Source: an uncultured Verrucomicrobiota bacterium
GTDB taxonomy: Bacteria > Verrucomicrobiota > Kiritimatiellia > RFP12 > UBA1067
Direction of reading: 5' to 3'
Assembly (NCBI GenBank): GCA_946623785.1
Contig: CAMORM010000003.1
Coordinates: forward strand, 1 to 54,507
Length of the DNA: 54,507 bases
Part shown: piece after piece, positions 44,849-53,845 of the stretch
Numbering within the stretch: position 1 is the first letter of the stretch
Layout: each line of letters opens with the position of its first letter
Made by a program: the position numbers and the translations under genes
Notes under the pieces: model-generated
What the model was told of the DNA's origin: nothing
Seen by the model: only the letters and a program-made list of their open reading frames with translations
The model's database searches: none

Positions 44849-45886
44849 TCAGCCCTCCTCCATCGACAGCGCCGGAATGCGTCCCGACTGAACCATCTCG
44901 AGCATTCCATCCGCCGCGTCGTCGAACGGCCTTTCGGCAAGCGCAAACTGCATCTTGAACCTGTCGCCGAGCATCGCGTCGAGCCCCTTCAGCTGCGCGC
45001 CGCCGCCTGAGAGCATAACGCCGCCGCTCGCGATCTCGGAAAGCGCCGCTTCGCCGAACTCGCGCGACGCGTCCTCCAGCAGTTCGCCGAACATCGCGGC
45101 GAGCCTCTCGATCGGCGCGGACATCGCGGCGCGCGCCCCTTCGGCGACCTGCGCGGCTGAGAGCTTGCATCCGGGCGGAGGCACGACCTCGCCGGCCGAA
45201 CCTGCAGACACGCCGACTGCCCGCTTGATTCGCTCGGCGTACTCCGTGCCCACGACAAGTCCGCACTCGCGCTCGAAGAACTCGACGACCGCGGCGTCCA
45301 AGGCATCTCCGCCGGCCCCAAGAATAGGCGTCTGCGAATAGACGCAGCGGGAAAGCGCAAGCTCTCCGTCCGAAAAGACGGCAGCCTGGCAGCATCGCGC
45401 GCCGACGACAAGCGCGGCGGAATATCCACTGCGCCGCCAAAGCCCCATGCCCACGGCGTGCGCAAGCGTTTCGTCGACCAGCACGACGCCGTTCGCCGCG
45501 AGGCTGCATCCGCACTGGACCGCGGCATCGGCAAGGACGCGTCGGCTATATGTGGTTGCACAGGAGGGAACGGAGAGTACGGCGCGCGGACGGACAAACT
45601 TCCCTCCCGCGCACGCCTTCTTTAAAAGGAAGCCAAGCACCGCCTCCAGGACATTGGGGTCGCAACCGCCGAAACCCTGGGCCAGCGGACGCGCGGCGAC
45701 AATATTATCAGGTACTCGCTCAAGCGCTTTCCACGCTTCGTCTCCAACCGCAAGAATGCGCATGGTCTGCGCCTGCAGCATGATCGCCGAAGGCTCGCGC
45801 AAGACAACGCCGCGTCCAGACACGCCGACTACGGCATTCGCCGCACCGACATCCATCACAACCATTTTCCCGATACCCATCGACAT
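44849..45886 (-). CDS. Degenerate MreB/Mbl-like actin-family protein (345 aa)
   Basis: GRGVVLREPS, ILAVGDEA..PDNIVAARPL, RPRAVLSVPS, GGDALDAAV, AERIK, GVMLSGGGAQLKGL. Confidence 0.85.
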   Translation of the reverse strand: MSMGIGKMVVMDVGAANAVVGVSGRGVVLREPSAIMLQAQTMRILAVGDEAWKALERVPDNIVAARPLAQGFGGCDPNVLEAVLGFLLKKACAGGKFVRPRAVLSVPSCATTYSRRVLADAAVQCGCSLAANGVVLVDETLAHAVGMGLWRRSGYSAALVVGARCCQAAVFSDGELALSRCVYSQTPILGAGGDALDAAVVEFFERECGLVVGTEYAERIKRAVGVSAGSAGEVVPPPGCKLSAAQVAEGARAAMSAPIERLAAMFGELLEDASREFGEAALSEIASGGVMLSGGGAQLKGLDAMLGDRFKMQFALAERPFDDAADGMLEMVQSGRIPALSMEEG

Positions 45887-46010
45887 CTTATATACATTGG
45901 CCTATTTAGGCAACTGGCAGTAGAATACCATATTTCTCCGCTATCTGCAACCTGTCAATCTGGATGAATCATAGTGCAAGTGCAGCATTGCTCATTGCAT
46001 GCCGTGGCGC

Positions 46011-47318
46011 TCACACATACACATAGTCGTTTAGGACGGGCTGGAGACCTTCGCCTGTCAGGTCGGCGTACATCTTCGAGAGGCTGCGCGCGTCGCTGAT
46101 CTCGAACTGCTCGTCGCCTTCCTTGTCCGAAGCCGACTCCTCCCCGTACTTCGACGCATGGTCGCCTATGCCAGTCGAGACGCCGGCAGAGACCTTCGTC
46201 GCCGCGATTTTCGCTATGCCGTTTCGGAAGGACGCGCTTTCGCGCGACGACACCGTTATCCCCGCGAAAGGCAGGAAGATGCGGTACGCGCAAAGCACCT
46301 GGCAGAGCTCGCGCTCGCCGATCTCTCCAGGACGCACGTCGGGGTGATTCGTTATCGGACGAAGCCGCGGACACGAAAGGCTTATCTCCGCGCCTGGGTA
46401 CTTGCGCTGCAGCAGGAACGCGTGCAAAGCGGTCGCGAACGCGTCCTTGCGGAAGTCTGAAAGCCCAAGGAGAGCAGAAAGCCCCACGCCGCGCATGCCA
46501 GCCATCAGCGCGCGCTCCTGTGCATCGAAGCGGTAAGGCCAAACGCGCTTGTGCCCCTGCAGATGCAGCTTCTCGTACTGCTCGGTGTCGTACGTCTCCT
46601 GGAACACCGTAACGTAGTCCGCGCCGCGCTCCCGCAGGTAGCGGTATTCGTCCGTGTTCATCGGATAGACCTCGAGCCCGACGAGACGGAAGTACTTCCG
46701 CGCGAGCTCGCATGCGTCGCCGATGTACTCCACCCCACTCACCGAGCGGCTCTCGCCTGTGAGGATCAGCACCTCCTCCATGCCCGACTTCGCTATGACC
46801 TCCATCTCGCGCTCTATCTGCCCCTTGTCGAGCTTCATGCGCCTTATGGGGTTGTAGCAGTTGAACCCGCAGTACACGCAGTAGTTCTCGCAGTGGTTCG
46901 CGATGTAGAGCGGCGTGAAGATGTACACCGTGTTGCCGAAGTGCCTTACCGTCTCCTCTCTCGCGCGCGCCGCCATGCGCTCGAGGAACGGCGCGGCAGC
47001 GGGGGAGAGAAGCGCCTGGAAATCGTCGACCGAGCACCGCTCGCGCTCGAGCGCGCGCCTGACGTCCACCGCGGTGTAGCGCGCGGGGTCGAAGGCGGAC
47101 ATCGCCTCCCTTACCCGGTCCTTGAGATCCGACTCGATTACCTCCATCCCAGGCATGTACGCCATGTGGTCGGTCCGGCACGACGGATCCCGCTCCAGTC
47201 TGTGCTTGCGCTCCAGCGCCGCGGGGGAAAGCCCAGCAGCGTCGAAGATGAGGTCGCTGCGCTTCGGGTCGCTTTGCGGACGGCTCTGGGAGCCGTCCCT
47301 GCCAGTGTTTCCTGCCAT
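46011..47318 (-). CDS. thiH: 2-iminoacetate synthase ThiH (radical SAM)
   Basis: FTPLYIANHCENYCVYCGF, FQETY, SCPRLRP, TKVSAGVSTGIG, QFEISDARS; downstream of thiG. Confidence 0.93.
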   Translation of the reverse strand: MAGNTGRDGSQSRPQSDPKRSDLIFDAAGLSPAALERKHRLERDPSCRTDHMAYMPGMEVIESDLKDRVREAMSAFDPARYTAVDVRRALERERCSVDDFQALLSPAAAPFLERMAARAREETVRHFGNTVYIFTPLYIANHCENYCVYCGFNCYNPIRRMKLDKGQIEREMEVIAKSGMEEVLILTGESRSVSGVEYIGDACELARKYFRLVGLEVYPMNTDEYRYLRERGADYVTVFQETYDTEQYEKLHLQGHKRVWPYRFDAQERALMAGMRGVGLSALLGLSDFRKDAFATALHAFLLQRKYPGAEISLSCPRLRPITNHPDVRPGEIGERELCQVLCAYRIFLPFAGITVSSRESASFRNGIAKIAATKVSAGVSTGIGDHASKYGEESASDKEGDEQFEISDARSLSKMYADLTGEGLQPVLNDYVYV

Positions 47319-47328
47319 AGGTGTCGCC

Positions 47329-48093
47329 TCAGTGCAAAAAGCCGGTCAGCGGATCGGACGCGGCAGCTCCACGCGAAAGGACCCGCCCCAGTCCGGCGAG
47401 GTATGCCTGTCGTCCCGCCTCTATCGCGAGCTTGAACGCCCGCGCCATGCGCGGCACGTCTCCAGAAGTCGCGAGCGCGGTGTTGGCCATTATCGCGGCC
47501 GCTCCCATCTCCATCGCGCGGCACGCCTGGCTCGGCGCGCCTATGCCCGCGTCCACGATTATCGGAAGCTCGATCTCGTCGATGAGTATCTGGATGAAGT
47601 CCGCCGTGGCAAGCCCCTTATTGGACCCGATCGGCGCGCCGAGCGGCATCACGGCCGCCGCGCCGGCCTTCACGAGGTCGCGCGCAACGTTGAGGTCCGG
47701 GTACATGTACGGGAGAACCGTGAAGCCCTCCGAGGCGAGCTGCTCGGTCGCCTTGATGGTCTCCTGGTTGTCCGGCAGCAGGTACTTCGTGTCGCGCATG
47801 ATCTCGATCTTCACGAAGCTCCCGCAGCCGAGCTCGCGCGCGAGGCGCGCTATGCGGACCGCCTCCTTTGCGTCGCGCGCGCCGGAGGTGTTCGGGAGGA
47901 GCGTCACCCCTTCCGGGATGTAGTCCATGATGTTCTCCTGCTCCTTCGTGTTGGCGCGACGCACTGAAAGCGTGATAATCTGCGCTCCCGCGTGCTCGAT
48001 CGCGGCCTGCACGAGGCTCAGCGAATACTTGCCGGATCCGAGTATGAAGCGCGACGTGAATTCGCGTCCGCCGAGTGTGAATTTGTCGTTCAT
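47329..48093 (-). CDS. thiG: Thiazole synthase ThiG
   Basis: [46 protein letters not shown]. Confidence 0.97.
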   Translation of the reverse strand: MNDKFTLGGREFTSRFILGSGKYSLSLVQAAIEHAGAQIITLSVRRANTKEQENIMDYIPEGVTLLPNTSGARDAKEAVRIARLARELGCGSFVKIEIMRDTKYLLPDNQETIKATEQLASEGFTVLPYMYPDLNVARDLVKAGAAAVMPLGAPIGSNKGLATADFIQILIDEIELPIIVDAGIGAPSQACRAMEMGAAAIMANTALATSGDVPRMARAFKLAIEAGRQAYLAGLGRVLSRGAAASDPLTGFLH

Positions 48094-48220
48094 AAGTGGT
48101 TAGTCGTTAGTGGTTAGTCGCTAGTCGTTAGTGGCTGCAATTTTGTGGTGGGACGAGTGAGAGTAGTGGGACGAGTGGGGTGGTGGGACTCAACCACTCA
48201 AAAACTCAAAAACTCATAAC
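48094..48220. repeat. Patchwork of short tandem repeats (7-mer, 9-mer and 8-mer blocks) between thiF and thiG
   Basis: About 6 x TAGT(C/G)GT at 48094-48135, about 5 x GTGGGACGA-like at 48148-48190 and about 3 x AAAACTCA-like at 48193-48216. Confidence 0.85.
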
Positions 48221-48227
48221 TGATTTG

Positions 48228-48863
48228 TCATGCCTCCTCCTCCCCGGCGAGGATCCGGAGGACAGCGGTCGCCTGATGCGCGGCGCAGACAAGGACGCGC
48301 GCGCCGTAGAGTCCCTGTCCGTCGTCAACATCCGCGACAAAGTCGCCGCACACCCATAGCCGCTTCGACACGCGCTTCGTCCTGATAGCGTTAGCGGAGC
48401 CGAGCCCCGCCATTCCTGACGCCGCAACGACCGGCTTCTCCGGAAACGCCTCCATCACGCCGGAGACAAGCATAGCCTTCGCCTCCGCGCGGTCGAACGC
48501 CTCGCACACGATGTCGTCGTCCGCAAGAAGTTCGCGCACGTTGTCCGGCCCGATGCGCAAGGTCTCAGCGACAACCGCGCAATACGGGTTGATCGCCGCG
48601 ATGTTGTCGCGCAGGGCCTCGGCTTTGGGCATTCCGACCTGCGAGGCGAAATACTGCTGACGGTTTAGGTTCGACGGCTCCACGCGGTCGAAGTCAATGA
48701 GGTGCAGATGCCCCACCCCGGCGCGCGCAAGCGCGATGGCGATGTTGGAGCCGAGCCCTCCGAGTCCGCACACCGCCACGCGGGCGGCGCTGAACTTCGG
48801 CTGGCGATCCGCGCCGTGCCGCGAGACTAGGGCGGCAAAGAAAGTCTCCCTGTCGGGCGTCAT
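48228..48863 (-). CDS. thiF: Sulfur carrier ThiS adenylyltransferase ThiF
   Basis: GLGGLGS, DFDRVEPSNLNRQ, EAFD, ASGMAG, VCGD, CAAHQA. Confidence 0.93.
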   Translation of the reverse strand: MTPDRETFFAALVSRHGADRQPKFSAARVAVCGLGGLGSNIAIALARAGVGHLHLIDFDRVEPSNLNRQQYFASQVGMPKAEALRDNIAAINPYCAVVAETLRIGPDNVRELLADDDIVCEAFDRAEAKAMLVSGVMEAFPEKPVVAASGMAGLGSANAIRTKRVSKRLWVCGDFVADVDDGQGLYGARVLVCAAHQATAVLRILAGEEEA

Positions 48864-48864
48864 C

Positions 48865-49059
48865 TTAGCCGCCTCCCATGAAGCACACGATCTCGACCGA
48901 GTCGCCGTCGCGGAGCGTGGTCTCTGCGTATTTCCCCTTTGGCACGATCGTCTCGTTGATCTCGACGACGACGCGCGCCACGTTGAATCCAGCGGACTCG
49001 ACGTACTCCGCGACGGTCTTTCCCGCAGCGTCCTTTTCCTCTCCGTTTACCTTGACCAT
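48865..49059 (-). CDS. thiS: Sulfur carrier protein ThiS
   Basis: 64 aa, MVKVNGE...DGDSVEIVCFMGGG with C-terminal GG; SD AAGGAG. Confidence 0.95.
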   Translation of the reverse strand: MVKVNGEEKDAAGKTVAEYVESAGFNVARVVVEINETIVPKGKYAETTLRDGDSVEIVCFMGGG

Positions 49060-49086
49060 GAAGCTCCTTTTCCGCACCTGTGGACC

Positions 49087-49150
49087 AAAAAAGCAAAAGC
49101 CAGCGCTAGTGGCACCCGAGGTGGTGCCCCCCATCGCTGGCTTCTCAGTC
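49087..49150 (-). ncRNA. 5'-leader terminator hairpin upstream of thiS; candidate HMP-PP (thiS motif) riboswitch
   Basis: Minus strand AAGCCAGCG-atgggGGCACC-acctcg-GGTGCC-actag-CGCTGGCTT-ttgctttttt. It lies between a TTGACT-N17-TATACT promoter (49165-49193) and the thiS SD. Confidence 0.6.
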
Positions 49151-49206
49151 GTTGACGGTGGATAGTATACTAAGACCTGCGCCCCGAGTCAATCCGTAAT
49201 GGCGGA

Positions 49207-50097
49207 TCACTCGCGCCAGCGGCGGTGGACCCAAAGGTACTGCTCGGGGTACCTGCGTATCGCGTCCTCGAGCCTGTCGTTGAGAAGTTGCGAGGCCTTT
49301 TCGATGTCGTCGCCGCTGTGGAGGTATATCGGCGCCCCGCCGACGAGCCTGTACCGGAACGGCGCCTCGCGCACGAACGACCCGGCCACTATGCCGCAGC
49401 CGGTGCGGATGCCGAGCCTTGCGGCCGTTGTGAACGTCCATGCGGGACGCCCGAAGAACGTAAGCTTGGCGCCGTGCTTCCTGCCCGCGTGCTGGTCCAT
49501 CAGGATCGTCATGGCAGAGTTCTCGGCCTTCCACTTGCGCATTACGTCGCCCGTAAAGCCGTTCTTCTTGTCGATCACGGTGACAGGCCCCCTGAAGTGG
49601 TGCTTCTTCATCCAGCGAGCAACCCATCCGTTGTTCATTGTGCGCGCAACGGCGATCATCGGACGCGCGAAGGAGAGTACGTTCGTTGCCGCCTCCCACA
49701 CGCCGTGGTGCGCGCTCACAAGGATGATCGGCCTGTCGGTCTTGTCGAGAAGAAGCGACACCGTCTCGGGATCGGCACCATCGAAGACGAGATGGTCGCG
49801 CCAATCGGACGCGCCTACGACATCCGGGACCTTGAGCGCTTCGCAGATATGCCCGGCCAGATGGCCCCAGCTGGCCTTTGCGATGCGCGCTGCCTCGGCG
49901 CGGTCGGACGTTATCCCGGCCTTGATGATGTTGTCGACCGCAAGCGCGCGGCGGGATCGGAAGAACGGGTAGATGAGGCTGGCGATGAACACGCCGAAGC
50001 CGTACGCGCGGCGCTTGGGCACAAGACGGTAGAGGGCCGTGGCCAGCCAGAGGAAGGCGCAGGCGATCACGCCGGTTGTCGCTTCAAGCACCTTCAC
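49207..50097 (-). CDS. Lipid A acyltransferase (LpxL/HtrB family)
   Basis: SAHHGVWE, ILMDQHAG, TFFGRPA, IRRYPEQYLWVHRRWR. Confidence 0.9.
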   Translation of the reverse strand: MKVLEATTGVIACAFLWLATALYRLVPKRRAYGFGVFIASLIYPFFRSRRALAVDNIIKAGITSDRAEAARIAKASWGHLAGHICEALKVPDVVGASDWRDHLVFDGADPETVSLLLDKTDRPIILVSAHHGVWEAATNVLSFARPMIAVARTMNNGWVARWMKKHHFRGPVTVIDKKNGFTGDVMRKWKAENSAMTILMDQHAGRKHGAKLTFFGRPAWTFTTAARLGIRTGCGIVAGSFVREAPFRYRLVGGAPIYLHSGDDIEKASQLLNDRLEDAIRRYPEQYLWVHRRWRE

Positions 50098-50107
50098 CCG
50101 CAGCCCC

Positions 50108-51631
50108 TCACTGCCCGTCCTGGAAGAGGGCCTTGGTAGCGTAGTACGGATCGCTTGTGAAGCGGCACCCGAGGCGGCGAAGGCCGGCCTCGTCGCCAGG
50201 AGTCACGATGTGCGTCATGTGCACCTCGCAGCTGCGCAGCTGGTTGAGCTTCTCGGCCGCTATCTGCGCTGCCGGGTTCATCGTGCAAGATATCGCGAGC
50301 CCTATGATGGCCTCGTCTAGGTTGAGCGATGTGTAGGACCCGCCCTTCAGTATGTCGTGCTTCATGTGGGTGATGGAGCGGATGATGTCCGGCGCGATGA
50401 GCGGGATCTGCTCGGGTATGCCAGCGAGCGCCTTGATCGCGTTGAGCATCATCGCGGACGCGGCGTGCATGTCGTCGGAGTTGCGCCCTGTGATCACGCG
50501 TCCGTCCTTGAGGACTATCGCGGCGCCCGACACGATCTCGCCGCCGGCCTTGCCCTTTCCGGCCTCCTTGGCGCTCTGCGCGGCCTGGCGCGCCGCCTCA
50601 ACGGGGATGCGGTCCTCCGGCTTGAGCGAGAGCTTGCGCATGAGCGCGTCAGCGGTCTCGACGCTCTCGCGGTCAGTCGTGCCCTTCGCGAAGTCGCAGA
50701 GGTAGCGGAAGTAGCGGCGGATGACCTCCTGCTTGGACGCCTCTCGCACGACTTCGTCGTCAACGATTCCGAACCCGATGCGGTTGACACCCATGTCGGT
50801 CGGCGACTTGTACGGGCACTCGTGCCCCGTCATGCGCTCCCAGATCGCCCGGAGGAGCGGGAACGCGTCGACGTCGCGGTTGTAGTTGACCGTTGTCTTC
50901 CCGTACGCCTGGAGGTGGTACGGGTCGATCATGTTGCGGTCCTTCAAGTCGATTGTGGCTGCCTCGTAAGCCACGTTGAGCGGATGCTCGAGCGGCATGT
51001 TCCACACGGGGAATGTCTCGAACTTTGAGTAGGCGGCCTTCATGCCGCGGCGGTGCTCGTGGTAGAGCTGCGAAAGGCAGGTGGCGAGCTTGCCGGAGCC
51101 GGGACCGGGAGCGGTTACGACGACGATCGGGCGTTCCGTGGGGACAAACTCGTTCTTCCCGTAACCCGCCTCGGAGACGATCGTCTCGACGTCGGCGGGA
51201 TACCCCTGCGTGACGTAGTGGAACCAAACGCTGATGCCGCGGTTCTCGAGGCGGGAGCGGAAGAGCTTCGCCGTAGGCTGGCCCGTGTAGCGCGTGATCA
51301 CCACGCCGCGCACGAGGAGCCCGAGGCCCTTGAGGTCGTCTATCAGCTTGAGCGCGTCGTCGGCGTACGATATCCCGAAGTCCGCGCGCATCTTCTTGTG
51401 CTCGATGTCGCCGGCGTAGATGGCGAGGATTATCTCGGCCTGGTCCTTGAGCGACTGGAGAAGCCTGAGCTTCACGTTCGGGTCGTATCCGGGCAGACAC
51501 CTCGCCGCGTGGAAGTCGTTGATCAGCTTGCCGCCGAACTCGAGGTAGAGCTTGCCGTACTTTGCCGCGCGGCGGCGGATCTCCTCGCTCTGCTCTGCGA
51601 GGTACTTCTCGTTGTCGAACCCGATCTTCAT
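50108..51631 (-). CDS. DUF1846 (UPF0371) protein
   Basis: [64 protein letters not shown] overlap with nifU. Confidence 0.9.
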   Translation of the reverse strand: MKIGFDNEKYLAEQSEEIRRRAAKYGKLYLEFGGKLINDFHAARCLPGYDPNVKLRLLQSLKDQAEIILAIYAGDIEHKKMRADFGISYADDALKLIDDLKGLGLLVRGVVITRYTGQPTAKLFRSRLENRGISVWFHYVTQGYPADVETIVSEAGYGKNEFVPTERPIVVVTAPGPGSGKLATCLSQLYHEHRRGMKAAYSKFETFPVWNMPLEHPLNVAYEAATIDLKDRNMIDPYHLQAYGKTTVNYNRDVDAFPLLRAIWERMTGHECPYKSPTDMGVNRIGFGIVDDEVVREASKQEVIRRYFRYLCDFAKGTTDRESVETADALMRKLSLKPEDRIPVEAARQAAQSAKEAGKGKAGGEIVSGAAIVLKDGRVITGRNSDDMHAASAMMLNAIKALAGIPEQIPLIAPDIIRSITHMKHDILKGGSYTSLNLDEAIIGLAISCTMNPAAQIAAEKLNQLRSCEVHMTHIVTPGDEAGLRRLGCRFTSDPYYATKALFQDGQ

Positions 51632-52194
51632 CTGCCGTTGATTTCCCTGAGAATTGCCTCGATCTTCGTCTTGCACTTGCCGCACCCGCCGCCAGCCTTC
51701 GTGAAGTTCGTCACTTCCTCGACCGTAGTGAGCGAGTTCTCCGTTATCACGCGCCGCACCTCGTTCTCGGAAACGGAATAGCACGTGCAGAGCATCTTCT
51801 CCTCGAGGTTGCGGTCGGTCTTCTGGCCGGTGCGGTAGTTCTCTATCGCGGCCTCGAGCGCCTCGCGCCCCATCACGGAGCAGTGCATCTTCTGCGGGGG
51901 AAGCCCGCCGAGGAAGTCGGCGATCTGCTGGTTCGTGATCTTCGAGGCCTCCTCGAGCGTCTTGCCGATCACCATCTCGGTTAGCGCGGAACTGGAGGCA
52001 ATCGCCGACGCGCATCCGAACGTCTGGAACTTCGCCTCCTTTATGCGCTTGTTCTCGTCGAGCTTGAACGTGAACTGCAACGCGTCTCCGCATGCGAGCG
52101 AGCCCACAGTGGCTTCGCCGTCAGGATTCTCCACCTTTCCCATGTTGCGCGGGTTGCGGAAGTAATCCATCATCTTCTCAGAATAGTCCCACAT
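51628..52194 (-). CDS. nifU: Fe-S scaffold NifU (IscU-like + BFD-like [2Fe-2S] domains, no C-terminal Nfu domain)
   Basis: [33 protein letters not shown], then CTC and AGGGCGKC. Confidence 0.92.
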   Translation of the reverse strand: MWDYSEKMMDYFRNPRNMGKVENPDGEATVGSLACGDALQFTFKLDENKRIKEAKFQTFGCASAIASSSALTEMVIGKTLEEASKITNQQIADFLGGLPPQKMHCSVMGREALEAAIENYRTGQKTDRNLEEKMLCTCYSVSENEVRRVITENSLTTVEEVTNFTKAGGGCGKCKTKIEAILREINGR

Positions 52195-52286
52195 GTCTAA
52201 GCACCGTCCTTTAGTTGTAGCAACGGGCGTTAATTATACCGCAATCGGCGCTGGACGGCAACTCCAAAGCATTTGCCGCCGCCTGA

Positions 52287-53807
52287 TCACCGCGAGGAGG
52301 CGCCGCGGTACACGAACTCGACGCGGCCGAGCGGCTCGACCACGCCGTGGTCGTACCAGTCGAGCGGGTCCTTGCATGCGACTGTCGAGTCGACGAACTT
52401 GAAGCCGAAGCCGAACTCGCCGCGGGGCAGGCCAAGTGCGCTGCGCGGCACTACGAGCTTCATGGTGTCGCCGCCCATTGTCACCCTGCCGAGCGAGTTG
52501 GCGGGCTTGCCGTTGACGAGTATCCGCATGAAGTCCCCCTCCCCCCGCCTTCCCGCTATCGGCTTCCTTGTCTTCAGCCTGAACGACACGCTCGTCGAAT
52601 CGTGGCTTACCTCGATCCACTCCGGCGCGTTGCGCTGGGTCCTGTTCACGAAGTTGGTGCCGTAGCCCGCGTGCTCGCGCGGCATCGCGTCGTCCGCGAA
52701 GCAGGCGTACCGCTTCCACCTGCCGGACGGATTCGGCGCCTCGTCATCGTCCGAAATCCCCTTGAACTTCCTCACGTTGTCGCGCAGCTGGAGGAAATAC
52801 GAGTCGCCGTATCCGCCGCGCATCATCTCAACGTCGCGCGAATACTCGTAGTTCGCGCAGTCGACGAACATCACGGGGCGCGACGGGCAGTCCTCGCGCC
52901 GCCACCTGCCGGCGATCCACTCGTTCCAGCCCGTGACCAGGACGATGTCCGGCTTCGCCTCGTGCGCCCTGTCCCACTGCTCCTGGAAGTTGTACCCCTT
53001 CTTCCACGCGCCGGGGGACCTGTCGTTCGAGCCGTTGTGGAAGGCTCGGCCCCGGTTCCCCTTCTCGCCGTACATCACGCTGTCGCCGAACCGGCACGTT
53101 GGGTGCTGCGCCACCGACACGTTCATAACGCTCTTGGCGACCCTCTCGCCGGGGAAGACGCGCTGCGGGCGTTCGAAGTCCATCCACGGCCAGCCGCCCT
53201 TCTTAGAAGCTTCGTTGGGCCACTGCGACTTCACGATCGTGAAGAACGACTTCGTCTCCTTGTCGCACTCCCCCTCATGCGCCACGATCACGGGCCGGCC
53301 GTCCAGCGCGAACCACGTGTCCTTCGCGAACCCGGGCTTGTAGATGGCGTCGTATATCCGCCGCACGGTCTGTCCTGACGCAGTGTTCGTGTAGAACATG
53401 ACCTTCGGGATATTCCATCCGGCGTCGTGGTATTCCTGGAGAACGCGCATCACGAGCTTGGCGTTGGCGTCGTAGATAGGCCCGTTCGTCGTGTCGAAGA
53501 AGAGGAAGTCGATTCCGCACTGCATGATGAGCTTCATGTGGCGGCGCACAACCCATTCGTCGTCCGAGAAGTAGTAGCCGTATAGCGGCTCTCCCCAGTG
53601 GTGGTAGCTGCCCCATGGCCCCCACAGCGGGGATTCCGGCTTGTCGCCCGCCTTCGGATCCGCCTTCAGTATCTTCGCCACGTCGTACGGCCCGTTCTTG
53701 CCGTGCTCGCCGAGCCAGAGGAAGTAGAAGAGCCCGACAAGCCGGCCGTTTCCGGCGTTTGCCGCGAGAGCGAAAAGCGCGACGATCGCGCACAGCGTCT
53801 TTTTCAT
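52287..53807 (-). CDS. Secreted glycoside hydrolase-like protein (GH99/GH71-like TIM barrel)
   Basis: Signal peptide MKKTLCAIVALFALAANA; VGLFYFLW, HHWGEPLYGYY, GIDFLFFDTTN, VTGWNEW, EYSRDVE. Confidence 0.7.
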   Translation of the reverse strand: MKKTLCAIVALFALAANAGNGRLVGLFYFLWLGEHGKNGPYDVAKILKADPKAGDKPESPLWGPWGSYHHWGEPLYGYYFSDDEWVVRRHMKLIMQCGIDFLFFDTTNGPIYDANAKLVMRVLQEYHDAGWNIPKVMFYTNTASGQTVRRIYDAIYKPGFAKDTWFALDGRPVIVAHEGECDKETKSFFTIVKSQWPNEASKKGGWPWMDFERPQRVFPGERVAKSVMNVSVAQHPTCRFGDSVMYGEKGNRGRAFHNGSNDRSPGAWKKGYNFQEQWDRAHEAKPDIVLVTGWNEWIAGRWRREDCPSRPVMFVDCANYEYSRDVEMMRGGYGDSYFLQLRDNVRKFKGISDDDEAPNPSGRWKRYACFADDAMPREHAGYGTNFVNRTQRNAPEWIEVSHDSTSVSFRLKTRKPIAGRRGEGDFMRILVNGKPANSLGRVTMGGDTMKLVVPRSALGLPRGEFGFGFKFVDSTVACKDPLDWYDHGVVEPLGRVEFVYRGASSR

Positions 53808-53845
53808 GGATTTCCCCTGCTTTGCGGCGCAACGGCGGCGACTGA

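Noticed and set aside
43957-45950. tRNA-Lys as the attachment site of an island carrying the MreB-like genes or thi operon
   Set aside because: No integrase, and no duplicate of the tRNA 3' end was found by eye.
48094-48220. CRISPR array
   Set aside because: Repeat units are 7-9 bp with no unique spacers, and there are no cas genes.
49060-49160. TPP riboswitch upstream of thiS (a CTGAGA is present)
   Set aside because: The rest of the TPP core (preceding GGGG-P3, then CCTGAT and GCGNAGG elements) is absent and the leader is too short.
35003-52194. Nitrogen fixation implied by nifS/nifU
   Set aside because: No nifHDK in the window; NIF-type Fe-S assembly is a housekeeping system in many anaerobes.
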